Made by a program: the position numbers and the translations under genes | Part shown: piece after piece, positions 25,163-39,175 of the stretch | Layout: the number at the start of each line of letters is the position of its first letter | How positions within the stretch are numbered: position 1 is the stretch's first letter | Notes under the pieces: model-generated | Database searches by the model: none | What the model was told of the DNA's origin: nothing | Seen by the model: the letters and a program-made list of their open reading frames with translations, nothing else | Assembly: GCA_040954595.2 (NCBI GenBank) | Contig: CM082583.2 | Location: forward strand, 1,746,925-1,810,924 | Length of the DNA stretch: 64,000 bases | Direction of reading: 5' to 3' | From: Balanoglossus misakiensis | Taxonomy: Eukaryota > Animalia > Hemichordata

Positions 25163-28100
25163 GTACTAGGTGTCGGAAATGGGTAAGCACACCCTTCAAG
25201 CATGCTACACCCGTTAAGACTGACCCAAAGAGACAGATTTAAGTTGAATTTGACTTAACTAACAAATTACTGTTGCAAGTCAAATCCATATTTTGACTTT
25301 ATCTCTGACTGAGCGCAGTGAGTCTGAGAGACACTCCACGTCTTCCTCTTCACAAGCAGCCCACTTCAAGTTTCAGCAACATCCATAATAGTCCTAAAGT
25401 TGAGGTGCCAGTTAAAATTAGGTTTTTGGACCAAACTGGAATAGCTGCCGAAGTTTGGTATTTCAAATGATTGTCAGGTCACCTGTTTATTATATGACTG
25501 TGAGGTTTCTAACAAAAGGGAGATGACATACAATCACAAGTGTAAATCAAATATTGAACATTACTTAAAGGGACAAATTGTTCAAATCCTCTTTTGAGCT
25601 TATTTGGTCAATTTTGTTTGATATGAAATGTGCCTATTATGCTGTTTGACTTCTTTAAACATGCTTAAATACTGGCCAATAAATAACTCCACTATGTTTG
25701 AAATTAAACCAGATAGTACAATAATACATTCCAAATGTCATCTGTGATAACATCATGCTTTGGACTTTTTTACTTTATACATTACATAACATGTTACGGA
25801 GGGGGGAGAGAGGTGAGAAAAGGAATGTGAAAAAGGAGAAGAAAAGCAAGAGGGCGGAAATGAGAATGTCAGGATGGAAAGGGAATGAGGGGAGGACTTT
25901 GACAGAAGGGGAGGGGAGAGACCGAATAAGTGAAGGTGAGAGAGGAAGTGGTTAGACAGGAAGAAAGGGAAATTAAAGCTCAACCACCACCACCACCACC
26001 ACAATCATCATCATCACCATCATCATTCTGGAGGCATCGTGGCCTGTATTGGCCCATGGGCATCATGAGCCAAAAAAACTGATTCAGTGTAAATGTGCAT
26101 AAACCACACTTTTGTACGAACTCATGTAACCGGTGACGCAAGTCGTGAGTGAATTTGTGGGCGTGTCGCGACCTTTTCTGTGAACGTGATGCAGAGTGAT
26201 ATATTGATGACCCCCAGCCACCCCCACACCCTTTGGTAACACACTTCTTAAACTTTCTTTACATAGAATGGACTTCTCAAACCTTCCTTACCAAAGTTCT
26301 GATTAAAGACATCTATCTTCTAGGGTACTACCAACAGCGTTTCACGTGACTGTAGATAAGCATCAAGTACCTGTACACAGACAAGGGCGTGCGCGCGTCC
26401 ACAATAATTTAAAACGAATGTTTCCACCGCCGTGTGTTTTATGCACATAAACACTGAATCAGCTTTAATATTGTCCCATGATGCCCCGTGAGTTGTCAGG
26501 GTACCAAACTGACAATGCTGGAGAAAATATGAAGTGTTGACATGCATGTTGTTAAAGCCACAGTATTTCTCGTAGGGGCAAAATTTTGTTTGAAACGGCA
26601 TCTATAATTTCTAAAAGTAGATGATAATTGATACTGAATCGAACAGTCATCATCCCCAGCTCTGCTCATAAACTCATACAATTTACAATATAACGAGTGA
26701 AGAATGACTTTCTGTCCGGACAGAAAGTCACGTGAGTGTTGACACACGTGACTAGTGCACATGCGCACTCAAATGTGAATCTATGCGGAAGAGGTTTGGT
26801 CGCCCCAAATCAAGCGACTCAGCGAAGAAATGCGCACTAATTCGGCGAAATTTTGGGAAGATAACTTTATGGGAGAAATCAGTCGATGGAACCAGATCAA
26901 ATCCGAAAATGGTCTGACCATCAAAATGTCAAAGTGGCACGTTTGCTGATCGACATGTACAACATTTCCGTTGTAAACAAACCCGCGCATCATTTCAAGT
27001 GTTACGGGCAATATTTACAGCTTGCACGTAGCTACAGCTGCCCAAACCTTTCTTCTATCTTCATTATGTAGTATTCCATGATGAATGTACAGGAAAAACG
27101 GGCATTTTTCGATGATGAAAAATGGATACACACGAGAAATACTGGGCTTTAAGGGGTTTCACAATGCATGTTACGGACGCTGGTTTCTCTTAGCAATAGA
27201 GTAGAGGCGTAAGGATTGGTTGATCTTGTGATTAAGAATTTTGGCAAAGAAACAGAAATTGTGTCATTTAGTTTTGTATTAAACCCTATTCGCGTATTTT
27301 GTGTTAAAGCACGAAATACTGCAATAATGAGATACGGTAGTATTTAACACATATCATATATGATATAATATAGCTTTATCAATACCAGTGAATTTTGTGA
27401 CGTCATTGCTGTACATTTTTTTATCTTTTATTTAGAACGCACAATGTTACATCAACAAATCAAAAGAAGAAACGAACTGAAAACTCACATCATAGCTTCA
27501 AAATTTATTACAGTTTCTGGATGGTTGCATGATTCCTAAGGCTTGTATACCTTCAACCTCAATGTCACGCGGGAGGATTGGTGTTGGGAATGTAACGGGG
27601 AATTAAACTCTATTGATGGGGATAACTCGCTTGGCTAATACTGAGAGGTACCTATATGGAATCGTACTGACGTCCAGATACATCGACACGAACACTGGGT
27701 ATTTATGGTAGCAACTGAGAATATAAGAATTTAATGAAATAAACCTACTCGACCACTTGCGTTCTGAGGACAAGAAGGACACAAATAGTCCGCCATCCAA
27801 AAGACCGTTCCAGCATTTTATTTTTACCCGCCAAAAGACGCGGAGATATATTTTTAGATGAATGATCCATGCATACTCTGATTGCATAGTACTTGTCTTC
27901 CTTGTGTTCCTTAAAACAATGAATGCATTGTATTTTCTTTTCTTTTCATCAGGAATGCGTTAACTTCCTTAACACTTCAAAAGTTTCTTTACTCTTCAAT
28001 CACTTCTGTCTCAACTTTTAAGTTTAACTTTTACTTCCAAATCTCAGGTCACAAACTCTATAGACTGCTAAACAATTTTCTTCCTAGTGTTGTATGCGCC

Positions 28101-28689
28101 ACTTGTGAATTTTTGCGAGTGAGATTCACGGGCGTTTGAGCACAATTTATACAAAATATGTTTATCGCCATTAGAAAAACGTTCGCGTAGAATCAATGAC
28201 GTCATGGTAAATTTTAGCTGCATGCTCCAATAGGGATGATAGGGAGACTACTTGTTGTAGAGCACCTGAAAATGTACGTATTTCGTCACTTCCTTTTCGC
28301 GAAATTTAATTCTTAACGGCATCTTAGTTTTAAGATTTGTGATTCCTTTTTTCTTCAGTTGTACATTTGCATCACGGGATACTTCTTTGTAGACTATCGA
28401 ACCTTGGCATCTCAGACACAGTACTAACATGGTTTACATCTTACCTTCAATATAGATATTAAACTGTAATCATCGAAAACACTGCAAGTTCACAGTCACC
28501 TCTCGTATACGGGGTGCCACTGCCCCTCTGTTGTTCACCATTTATATAGCCCCACTTTATAGTAAACCGATTCGTCCCCACATCCTACAATTTCATCAGA
28601 TAACCAGCGATACCTCGCCTTTTCCCATCAAGATTCAACCTCTGACGTTCCTGTCTTCTAAGGATTGTTGAACTTTAATTCATGCAGTT

Positions 28690-29232
28690 TGTTGTTACGG
28701 CCGGTCGTCCTCCGGACGTTTACCTCATCGGCTTCTGTGGGGAATCAGCCACGTCCGAAAGCTGACGGCGTACATTCTCTCCATCTCCTTCTCCACCCAA
28801 CATATTCATAAAGTCCGAGAGAGGTACCCGGCAGATCGTAAACCTTTCGTAGACAGAGACTTGCAAGAAGTTTTCCGAGTAACACAAAGTTCTGGTTTAT
28901 TACTGGTCACACGTAAGAATTACATGACTCGATCCATGCTCGTTGACTCCCATCACGGATCTCCGGTGATAAACGTGTGATCTCAAATTTCACTTCACCT
29001 TATTAATACGTTAGTCAAGTATTAAGTCATAAAAGGAACACGTCATCTTGATATTTCTTAAACATGAACTTAGCGCGTGATATCTCTAGCTCGTTCTGAC
29101 ATGTATCAATTACACAATCTTGTTTACTCTGGGTCAAGTACCAATGTCAATACTGGACTAAAACCATATAAGTGAATGACTTCTTACGTAATCATAAACA
29201 AGATCTATGATCGTTAAAACTCAATCGTGACA
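28690..29232 (-). mobile_element. LTR (3' LTR with adjoining polypurine tract)
   Basis: TG...CA termini and strong similarity to 42573-43125. On the minus strand aaaagtgggaag (29233-29244) directly precedes it. No TSD. Confidence 0.75.
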
Positions 29233-30083
29233 CTTCCCACTTTTCCAATAATCGAACTTCCACGTTCGATCAAAGAAAGAATGAAAACGAAAACCAGGTC
29301 TGCGCTATTGGTTTTAAATACACTACGTCAAAATCAAACTCAATAATCACCTTTAAAATATCACAGCCTGTTCAAACAAATTAAAGAAAATCGCATAAAA
29401 CGTTTTCAATGTCAAAATTCAAAACGACTTCACTGTTCTGACTTCTCGTCAAAGAGTGTCTCTTTTCCAGTGCAAAATTCAACAGTCAATAACCGCGTAA
29501 AAAAAATTAAGTCTGATAGTTCTTTCGTACAAACATTCTCTTCACTACTGTACTAACGGAGCAGGCACATTCCAAAGATGCTCTCGAACACAATAACGGT
29601 TCCGGATAATACCGCCAAGTACGGAGCATTTCAGAGTGGATCATAATGCAATACAAGCTCGTAATAAACAGTAAAAATGAATACACTTCATCATACTGTC
29701 ACGTTCAAAAATAACCACGAAACGAATTCTTATGTGAAAGGATGCGTAAGACTACAATAAAATCACGCTTAACTTCAACTACACTCTAGGACTTCTCTCT
29801 TGTCCCTCGTATGAACTCACATGTCAACTCAAAGGGCCATTTTCATACGCCAGACCGTCTCCCTTGCGGTCATTAAAACATCACGACTTCATCACCAGAC
29901 CGTTTCTCTTGCGGTCATCACAAAAACTTCAACAACTCCTCAAAAACCTATTAAACTTCACTACACTTCACGGCATCACTTCAACAAAAGAATACACATT
30001 TACAATGTCGAAAACAATGCAAAAACTTGGTGGAAAACAATATCAAATCAAAAGCGGTTAATAACGGTCAGTCAACTCACGTC

Positions 30084-33000
30084 TACTAACTCTTCTTATG
30101 TGAAAGGATGCGTAAGACTACAATAAAACTCAAAGGACCACTCTTCAATGTAAGTCATCATACCCTTCCACCATGTGATTTTGATGAACACTTCCCCCCC
30201 CCCCAGCTTTATAATTCATATTGTGTTTTCCATCTAAATGTCAGATCATTACACAGAAACGTTGATGCCTTAAAATTACTATATGAAGATATTATCAAGT
30301 CCAAATTCGCTATCATTGGAATCTCTGAAGTATGGGACCCAAATAACTTAAGTATTTATAATATGCAAGATTACACATTGGAAGTGAAGTCTCGTGAAGT
30401 AGGAAGGGGCGGTGGGGTTGGGGCTTACATACATTCATCAGTAATCTACAAGCTGCTTCGAGCAAGTGTCAGTCACTCAGAATCACTCTGGATGGAGGTA
30501 CAGGTTAAAAATACGAAGATAATTTATGGGAATAATCTACAGAAAACCTAATACTGATATAACAGAATTTCAAATTAGTCTCATGCAAGTTTTAAACGAG
30601 CTCAGATGTGACAAAAATAATTGTATTTTAATGGGCGATTTTAATATTGATACTAACATAAGACTGACCAACCCCAATATAGATTCATATATATCCTCCT
30701 TGGAATGTATAGGCTTAAGACAGCTGATATCTACCCCAACCAGAGTGACTAGTTCATCTGAAATTTAATTGACCACATCTACACAAATATTAATCAACGT
30801 CCTATTCATGCTTGCACTATAATCACTGATATCTCAGACCATTTCCCTGTGTATACTCTTTTAGAAAATATTCCTCTAAAATTGCCACAAAAAGAGAAAA
30901 TTATTTTCAGAAATTTCAAAAACTATAGTCCCTCCCAATTTTACGAAGATCTTGAAAACACAACCTGGGATTCTGTGTACCATTCCTCTGATGCTAATGA
31001 GGCTTACAACAATTTTTATTCAGTCTTTAATGAATTTTGTGATAAACATGCACCTATTTCTACCAAATCCTATAGTACCAAAAAAATAAAAAAACCTTGG
31101 ATCACCAAATCACTTAGAAAATCTATTAACACCAAACATAGGCTATATAACAAATTATATAAATCAAAATTTAATAATGCTGTTGCTGTTGATAATTATA
31201 AAAAAATATCGAAATATTTTTTCGGCTTTACTCAGGAAAGCCAAACAGATGTACTATAGCAATATTTTTATACAAAATGAAAATAACACTACTTCAATAT
31301 GGAAAACAATTAGAGAGATACTTGGAAGCCAAGGTAATGCCAGTCAATCTCTGCCAGATAATCTGTGTGTTAAGTCTAATGGTAAGGTACGAACCGTAAA
31401 TAAGAAAACTGACATTGTCAATGAGCTAAATAACTACTTTGTTGGTATTGGTCCAGACCTTGCTAGTAAAATAAAGTCTAACAATTGCAACTTTAATAAT
31501 TATCTCAAGGCACCCATCTCAAACTCAATCTTTCTTGCCCCAACAACTCAGTTTGAAAAATTATTTGTAGCCTAGATCCTTATAAAGCTTGTGGCCAAGA
31601 TCAAATTCCTGCTAGACTTCTTATAGATGGAGCTGCTGTAATATCTAAACCATTAGAATACATATTCAACCTCTCCTTTCATTCAGGAATATTTCCGAAA
31701 GCCCTAAAATCAGCAAAAGTTATACCAAGTTTCAAGAAAAGAACCACTGATGATCCAGAAAATTACAGACCAATATCAATTTTACCTCTTATAAGCAAAG
31801 TCTTAGAAAAAATAGTCAACTCCCGTCTTACCAACTTTGTAGAACAATTTAATATTCTATATGAACATCAGTATGCCTTTCGACAAAAATATAGTACCAA
31901 ACTCTCTCTGATCAATCTTGTCAATTATCTCATTAAGCAACTTGATGCTGGCAGAATTACACTTGGCATTTTCCTTGACTTTTCAAAAGCCTTTGATACC
32001 ATTGATCATACAATATTACTATCTAAACTCTCTCACTATGGTATACGTGGACGTCCTCTACAATGGTTTACAGATTATTTAAAAGATAGATGTCAACATG
32101 TTTGTGCTGATCAGATGGCCATATCTCATCTAGCCATAATATTACATGTGGAGTTCCACAGGGATCTGTCCTTGGACCTACTCTATTTTTATTATTTATT
32201 AATGATATAGCCCTTTCAACATCCTTCTTCAACTTTCGGCTGTTTGCTGATGATACAAATCTGTTCCATACCTTCCCTGCAAACAAAAGTGATATCAATC
32301 TGAACCATGTTGACCGCCAGTTACAGCTGGTGCTAGATTGGTGCAATGCCAACAAACTCACTATAAATCACCTAAAAACAAATTACAGTATTTTCAGAAA
32401 CCAAAGACGAAACTTTTCCCATGTTGGTTCTCTCCACATAAATAATATGGTCATAAATGAGGTAGAAGCTGCATCATTTGTTGGCATTCTCATTGACAGG
32501 CATCTTACCTGGTCAAAACATATCCAGATGCTAAACACAATCATCAGAAAGAAAGTTGGCATTCTCTTTAAACTCAGACATTTTGTACCTACCCGTAATA
32601 CTTACCTTACTCTACAAATCACTTATCCAACCACATATAACATACGGCCTCGAAGTATGGGGGTCAACATATCCTTCATATCTCAACCGTATTAAGTTAT
32701 TACAAAAAATGGCAGTAAGAGCAATACCCTTCAGTGATTTCACAGCTCATTCAACTCCTTTATTCCATAAATTGAAAATCCTTGATATTTTCAAATTACA
32801 TAAGCTCCAGGTATGCTCCTTCATGTATGATCTTGTAAACAATAATCTTCCACAAAGGCTGACAACCTACTGTCAATTACCTCTCCATGATTACAGTACA
32901 CGCCACAAAAGCAAGGTAATCTCCATATTCCAAGTGTAAATACAACAATGGGCAAATTTGCAATATCTTTTAATGGCCCTCTCTTATGGAATTCATTACC

Positions 33001-33405
33001 AGAACAAATAAAATACAAAAAATCCCAACAAACTTTCCGGTACTCGCTCAAACAGATGTATTTAGAAAATTAACTATAAATATATATATATTTATATATA
33101 GTAGTTCAATTTATACATTCAATGTATTTATTTCATTCAATTTTAGCTACTGTCTATGTACATAATTGCCTTTACAGTGTACATGCCTAATATTGCTTCT
33201 CTCTAAGAAATACACTGCCCTCAAAATGAAATGTAACTAATTTTTATACCGCAATGTACAGAGGAATGGAAACAGACTTGACTAGCACCTGCTATTTTCT
33301 GTTCCCAATTACCCTTTCATTCAACCTGTCTCACTCGTGAGTTATGTAAATACTTTTCAACTTTTCAACAAGGGTAATAAATTGAATTGAAATTGGATTG
33401 CATTG
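30084..33405 (+). mobile_element. CR1/L2-group LINE, 5'-truncated, ORF2 pseudogene (APE endonuclease + RT)
   Basis: HLNVRSL, GISEVW, GGGVG, IYRKP, MGDFN, SDHFP, NYRPISIL, DFSKAFD, GVPQGSVLGP, LFADD. Many frameshifts. Ends in aataaa plus an (attga)n-like tail. Candidate 10 bp TSD aactcacgtc at 30074-30083 and 33406-33415. Confidence 0.92.
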
Positions 33406-33698
33406 AACTCACGTCATCAGAGTAGACAAAGAAAATACGATCACGCAATATTTCAATGATCAAATCTCCCAAACTATAGATTAAAAAGGCTGATTATTCA
33501 GTTGAATGTCATTCTATCTCAATTCTTTTGCGATAGCAGACGATTCAAGAGTCTTCCCTTCTTCATTCCACGAGACCTCTTTTCTTCGTCGCCAGAACTG
33601 CTTCAACTACATGCTTCTGGATACGACGCCCCTCTGATCAAACAACAGATCCATCCTGAAAAAGTGCTTCAAATCTTGATATTTTTCTTTAATTTGAC

Positions 33699-34919
33699 TC
33701 AGATAGAAGGTCTTTTCATCCAAATGCATAGATTATGAATTATTTCTCTCAATATATTCAGTGACTACCTCCCCATGATATATATCCTCCTGAATTAGTG
33801 CTTCAAATTTTGATATTTTTCTTGATATTTTTCTTTAATTTGACTTCAACCGTCACCATTCTCCAAGACTGTAAAAGAAGGGAGATGATGATGAACTACT
33901 ATTAATTTTTTTGCCCCTTGTACTGTCTTTACAACTGGTCGTATAAATCTGATATTTGTTTGGCATGCGAATTTTGGAATATGGATGTGTATAATCACAA
34001 TTATAAGATCCTCAAAATAAAAGATCCTATCATTTCATTTGGTTAATTACCAGTTCATAGGTGAATGAAAATATTGTTACTCACTTTGAAACCTGACATG
34101 TATATATAATAATTCAAAGTATTTATTCGCATATTTTTATATTATTCATGGTGTTATAGATCAATGGAAATTTTTCAAATTAAATTCATGTATATAAAAT
34201 GTAGCAATGTAATGTCATATGTGAAACCCTTAATCTTGATATTGTAATTCATTGTAGAATATGATTATATTGTGTTATTCACTCAACTTGTGCATGTATG
34301 TTTAAGATTCATGCAAAATTACTTTTTTATACAAACTGTTCCTTTTTGTGTTGTTCGGAGGTGACAACTCATCAACAATGAAATAAGTTTGGGAAATTTT
34401 TGAACAAAGTCATGAAGTGGAAGTACTATAAATAAGTTTAATATCTGTTTGAGTTGTCCTGCCAGAAGTCAACATTTTTAGCTTATACAAATACTGTTGC
34501 AACTACAGAACAGTTGAAGAATTTCATCATTATATTTATGTTTTAATTACAAGTATATCAATTTTACCTTTTCCTTATATTAAAAGCATATTTTATTATA
34601 ATATTTAATTGAGTTCTTTGTCTACTTTTTTAAACTGACAATTTTTCAGTCATTACCATAACCCTGGAGTGTATTTCACTGTGTCCAGAGATTCTTCTGT
34701 AGTAGTTATAATAAGACATCAAACCAGGTCCGATAATCAATATTACTCAAGCTAAGCTAATTACCAGGTCCAGGTTCAAAAAAGAAATGAGTGAAAAACT
34801 TACAATTTCAACAGGATCTTCTTGAACCACTGCTAAGTGGTAGTACTCGCACAGGGGGCTGCAAACATGAAAGTTATAAATGGCGGAGTTCCTGCATTTT
34901 CCCCCAATAAACATTAATT
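33699..34919 (+). repeat. 1.2 kb direct duplication, copy 2
   Basis: Near-identical to 23562-24783. Ends inside the left arm of the MITE, where Crypton sequence begins. Confidence 0.95.
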
Positions 34920-36790
34920 ATAATATGCTTGGTGTGAATCTAGCTTGCTGATTGGCTGGAGCCAGGGTTTATATTCTCAACAAGATGACCTGGCCCAACT
35001 TGGCCCTGAACGGAGAATAGCTAATAAACTTTGCATTTGATTGGCTGTGGGATGGTGGACTGCATTTGATTGGCTGTGGGATGGTGGAAATGTCGTCTGC
35101 TGCAATCAGCTCGTGCAAATTTTGGAAATATCAAGAAGAGCTCAAAATGCAGCCAGCCGCCATGTCTGAAAGGCTAGATTCTGACTTTGATTTGAATTTT
35201 AACCTCGAACAACTTGACGAAATATCTGACGAAGAACTCCTACAAGCGGCGACGATACTCGAGAATCTACCGGGACCGTGCATTCCTCCAGCAGTAAATC
35301 ATGCCTACCCGCAGACGCCGAGATTCCCCGAGTTGTCACACGAAAAGGTGGAACAGTTAGCGGCGAAAAAAATGAGGCAAATACAAATGCATCGACCAAG
35401 TGGGGAGTTAAGTTACTGAAAAGTAAGTATTCAATAAAAAAAAATAGTAGTCGTATATTTTATCGTTCACGCCGAAATGGGCGCCGCCATTTTCATTGTT
35501 TGTAAACAATCGCGTTAGTCGTTTGATCTGTTGACCTTAAAATCACGCAGTTGTTGTTGTATTTACCGTCTCTATTTTAACCGTTGCAGCCTGGTGTATG
35601 GAGCGATCGATTTCCCCAGATTTTGAAATGCTGCCAGTAGAAGACCTGGCAAACTTACTGAGGCAGTTTTATGCCGAGGTGAGAACAAGAGAAGGAAACG
35701 AGTATAGCATCCGGAGCTATTCTGGGATCAGAGCTGCGATACACCGACATATCACCAACGTCCCATTCAACCGAGCTATCAATGTCTTGAGGGATCGGGA
35801 ATTTCTGGTGGCCAACAATGTATTTGTCGGGAAAATAAAGTGCCTAAAGCGAGATGGAAAGGACACCATCAATCACAAAACACCAATAAGCGAGGGCGAT
35901 ATCCAGAAGATGTTTGCTAGCGGTACGCTATCCGACTCTGATCCACTGTCATTATTACGTATGGTATGGTTTTATGTAGAATTTTTCTTTTGTCGAAGGG
36001 GGCGGGAGGGTCTGCGAGATTTACATAAGGGGAGTTTCATTCTTAAGGTTGACGACCAAGGGAGGGAATACATTACATTGGCCTACTTGGAAGCCACTAA
36101 AAACCACCCCGGGGATTTGAAAGATAATTTTGAAAGTGAGAAGCGGATGTATAAAACGGGTTCTCCCCTCTGCCCAGTTACGGCCATTTTGAAATATATC
36201 GGTAAACTCCATCCCAACTGTAATGCGTTTTTCCAGCGTCCCATTCCCAATTTCTCCGGCAGTGAAAACACGTGGTATGTAAACAGCCCCCTTGGGCACA
36301 ATTCACTAGGGTAAATGATGAAGAAAATATCAAAAGCGGCAGAGTTGAGTGTAATATACACAAACCACTGTGTGCGAGCAACAACCATTAAGTCGCTGAA
36401 CGACGCTGGGGTCCCAACGAGAATAATCATGAATCTCAGCGGTCATCGCAACGAAGGAAGCATTCGTAGTTATTGTCGTGACAGTTCGAATGAACAGAAA
36501 CGACAGTGTAGTGACATTTTAATGTCATCGATTCACGATAAACCTACCGGTAACATAACAGCTGATGGGGCCCCAGCTCCGTCTGCTACGTCTTTGGCGG
36601 TTGCTTGCTCACCACAACGGTGTGAGAGAAATATATCCACATGCCAAACTCTCCCCTCAAATTCCATAACACCATCCAATATGTTCAATAACTGCAACTT
36701 CCAGGGCAATGTATATGTTTATACAAGTACCTATTGTGATGTTTATTGAAGAACTCTAACACTGAAGAATACTCGGAAAGTACAGACCAT
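34920..36790 (+). mobile_element. Crypton (CryptonA/DUF3504-type) tyrosine-recombinase DNA transposon relic
   Basis: Contains the YR gene listed next and upstream tgattggct repeats. The right boundary is uncertain. Confidence 0.8.
35147..36749 (+). pseudogene. Crypton tyrosine recombinase (DUF3504; KCTD1/QRICH1/ZMYM-related), two exons 35147-35422 and 35590-36749
   Basis: NTNASTKWGV..W, LRQFYAEVR, FCRRGRE, LCPV, YTNHCVRAT, SGHRNEGSIRSY. One frameshift at the A-run near 35370 and one TAA at 36312-36314. Confidence 0.88.
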
Positions 36791-36860
36791 AAGGCCAAAA
36801 AAAAAAAGAGTTTTGTTTAGCGTCCAAGCAAAATCTCAAAATTGATGCGGTGACGCGGCT

Positions 36861-36901
<41 letters not shown>

Positions 36902-38679
36902 CTGCGAAACAAGAACAGCAAATATTTCTTTAATAGTCCAAAATTAAGGGGGGATTTGGTCAAAGTAGGGGGGAATCATGATTTGCATATTTTATGTTAA
37001 TTAGGTAAACATCAAGGAATGACAATTTTGAACATTAACTTACTAACTGCCTTCATTCCATATTAAAAACAGCATAAGTAAATTACAATATTTTACATGT
37101 GAACTTGACAACATATTAACAGTTACAGTTTTTTTCTACTTTAAATTAGTAGATTTTGCAGAGGAAGACACCAGCTTGCATAACTTTCAGGGCATGTAAT
37201 TTAAAAAATGCTGGAGAGCTGAAAATAACTCCTGAAATTAATTACACAAGTGGTAGGAGAGTGACTGATTAACAGCTCCCCTGGCAAGTAGAGTGAAATG
37301 AATAAAATAAATGCAACTGCAAAAACAATAGTGTCTTTCTTTAATACATTGTACTATACCTGAGAAAAAAATTTCTTGTTTGATTTTAAAAGTTTCAGTT
37401 TAGCTGCCAAAATATTAGATTGTGAAACCATTAATAGTTAAATAAATTGAAGTGGTATATATTTCTTCAGATTTCTGCCTACACTTCCCCATCTGTGGCT
37501 AAGCACACTACTCAAATAAACAGTCTCTGTAGTATTGAATGACTTTCCTTCCTAAGTAAGAAAACAAGGTCATGGAAAACTGATACATTCTTGATAATCG
37601 CCATGGCAGGAACGCAGTTTCTTTAATTTGCATAAAATTGTTACGTTCTGCCAACCCAATTTCAAAAGTCGCCATAACAACAAGTTCACTTGAGTGCAGA
37701 GTGTGTGCTCTAAATTTAAACGTTATCCAGATAGGCTGTTCCAACAATTGCACACTATAGCCCTGGAGCTAAATTACACGTGAATGAATGTGAAAGTCAT
37801 CTACAACATAGTTTTGGGGGGTGGGAAGTTAAAATGTATAGGCCAGCACGCAGTAATATCGGCCGTTTTCCCAGTGTTTTGACTGACGGTACATGCTATG
37901 GAGGCTTGGACGCGCATGTACTGGCCGGGTGGGCTGCTCACGAAGGGGCAATTGTCGCCCCCTGAACTTGTTACAAGGGGCGCTTCAAGTGTAAAAGAGG
38001 GGGAATCGCGCGATTGCGCGTCCTGGAGAAAACACTGAAATTTAGTTGATTTCCGGGTTCGAAAATTACGAAAAAAAAGCCTCGACGCGCATGTTGGATG
38101 AAAAGTTTGAAACAGATTTTGATTTTGATTCCTAACATCTCTATATGTACATGCAACCTAGACATAGTTAGTTTCTATAGTAACTTTAACAAACCAATCA
38201 ACTGTCATGATACTGGCTTTCTGCCACCATTTTATGGGGAAGTGATTCTTTATTTGCATGAATCATTTGATGAAGTTAAATAGAAAAGCTAGATTCTGCA
38301 CTGATTCAAACTGGTCAGATTAATTTATAAGGTTGAGAAACAACATGCCGTTTTTTCCCTGGGTTGACTAAATTTGGAATTTTGTTCATCAAAGATATTT
38401 TTATGGGGAAAATAACGAATCAACTGAGCTTTACTTGTTAAACTTTTATCACAAAATGCCCAAATGTTATGAAAATGTTGTTTATGCCAGGCCACTATTA
38501 TAAAATATCTATGGTTATACAGTGACTGAATCTCGATCCTGTATTTACCCCTATAACTAGTTTAGTGATGATAAATATTTTGAAAATTACTCTTTGAGCA
38601 GTTTTTTGTTTAAAATATTGTAATGTGAATTTATTTTGGTGTTTTATAATTGTTAATTTGTGGGTCAGATTATCTGTAT

Positions 38680-39175
38680 TGGCGGCCATTTGGAAAAAAT
38701 AAAAAAAATGGTTGCCATGGAAACTCATCAACAGATATTGTGGCTCGCTATCTGAATTTGTTTAGTACACATTAACGCACATCTGAGCCAAGTTTGGTGC
38801 TTTTATCGCAAAATCCACAATCGATCTGTTATGCCGCTCCACTGTAGACATTAAACTGTGTTTTATCCTTTATTCTGTATTTATAACTATTTCGGTGACC
38901 ACAAATACTTTGCAAATCACCCTTTCTATAGTTTCTGGTTTCAAATATCATAATCTGAAATTACCTTGGTGTTCCTTAGTCGTTATTTTGTTTGAAAGAT
39001 TAATGTAGTGGCGGCCATTTTGAAAAATGGTTGCCATGGCTACCCGTTAACAGATATTAAGTGGCTCGCTATCTAAATTTGCTTAGTACACAGTAACACA
39101 CATCTGAGCCAAGTTTGGTGCTTTTATCACAAAATGCACAATCGATATGAAAATTGGGGTTTGGCCGCTCCACTA
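38680..39175. mobile_element. Two related DNA-transposon terminal fragments ending ...ccgctccact(a/g)
   Basis: 38680-38845 and 39008-39175 are similar direct copies. The second abuts the truncated GPCR frame. Superfamily is uncertain (possibly Academ-like). Confidence 0.5.
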
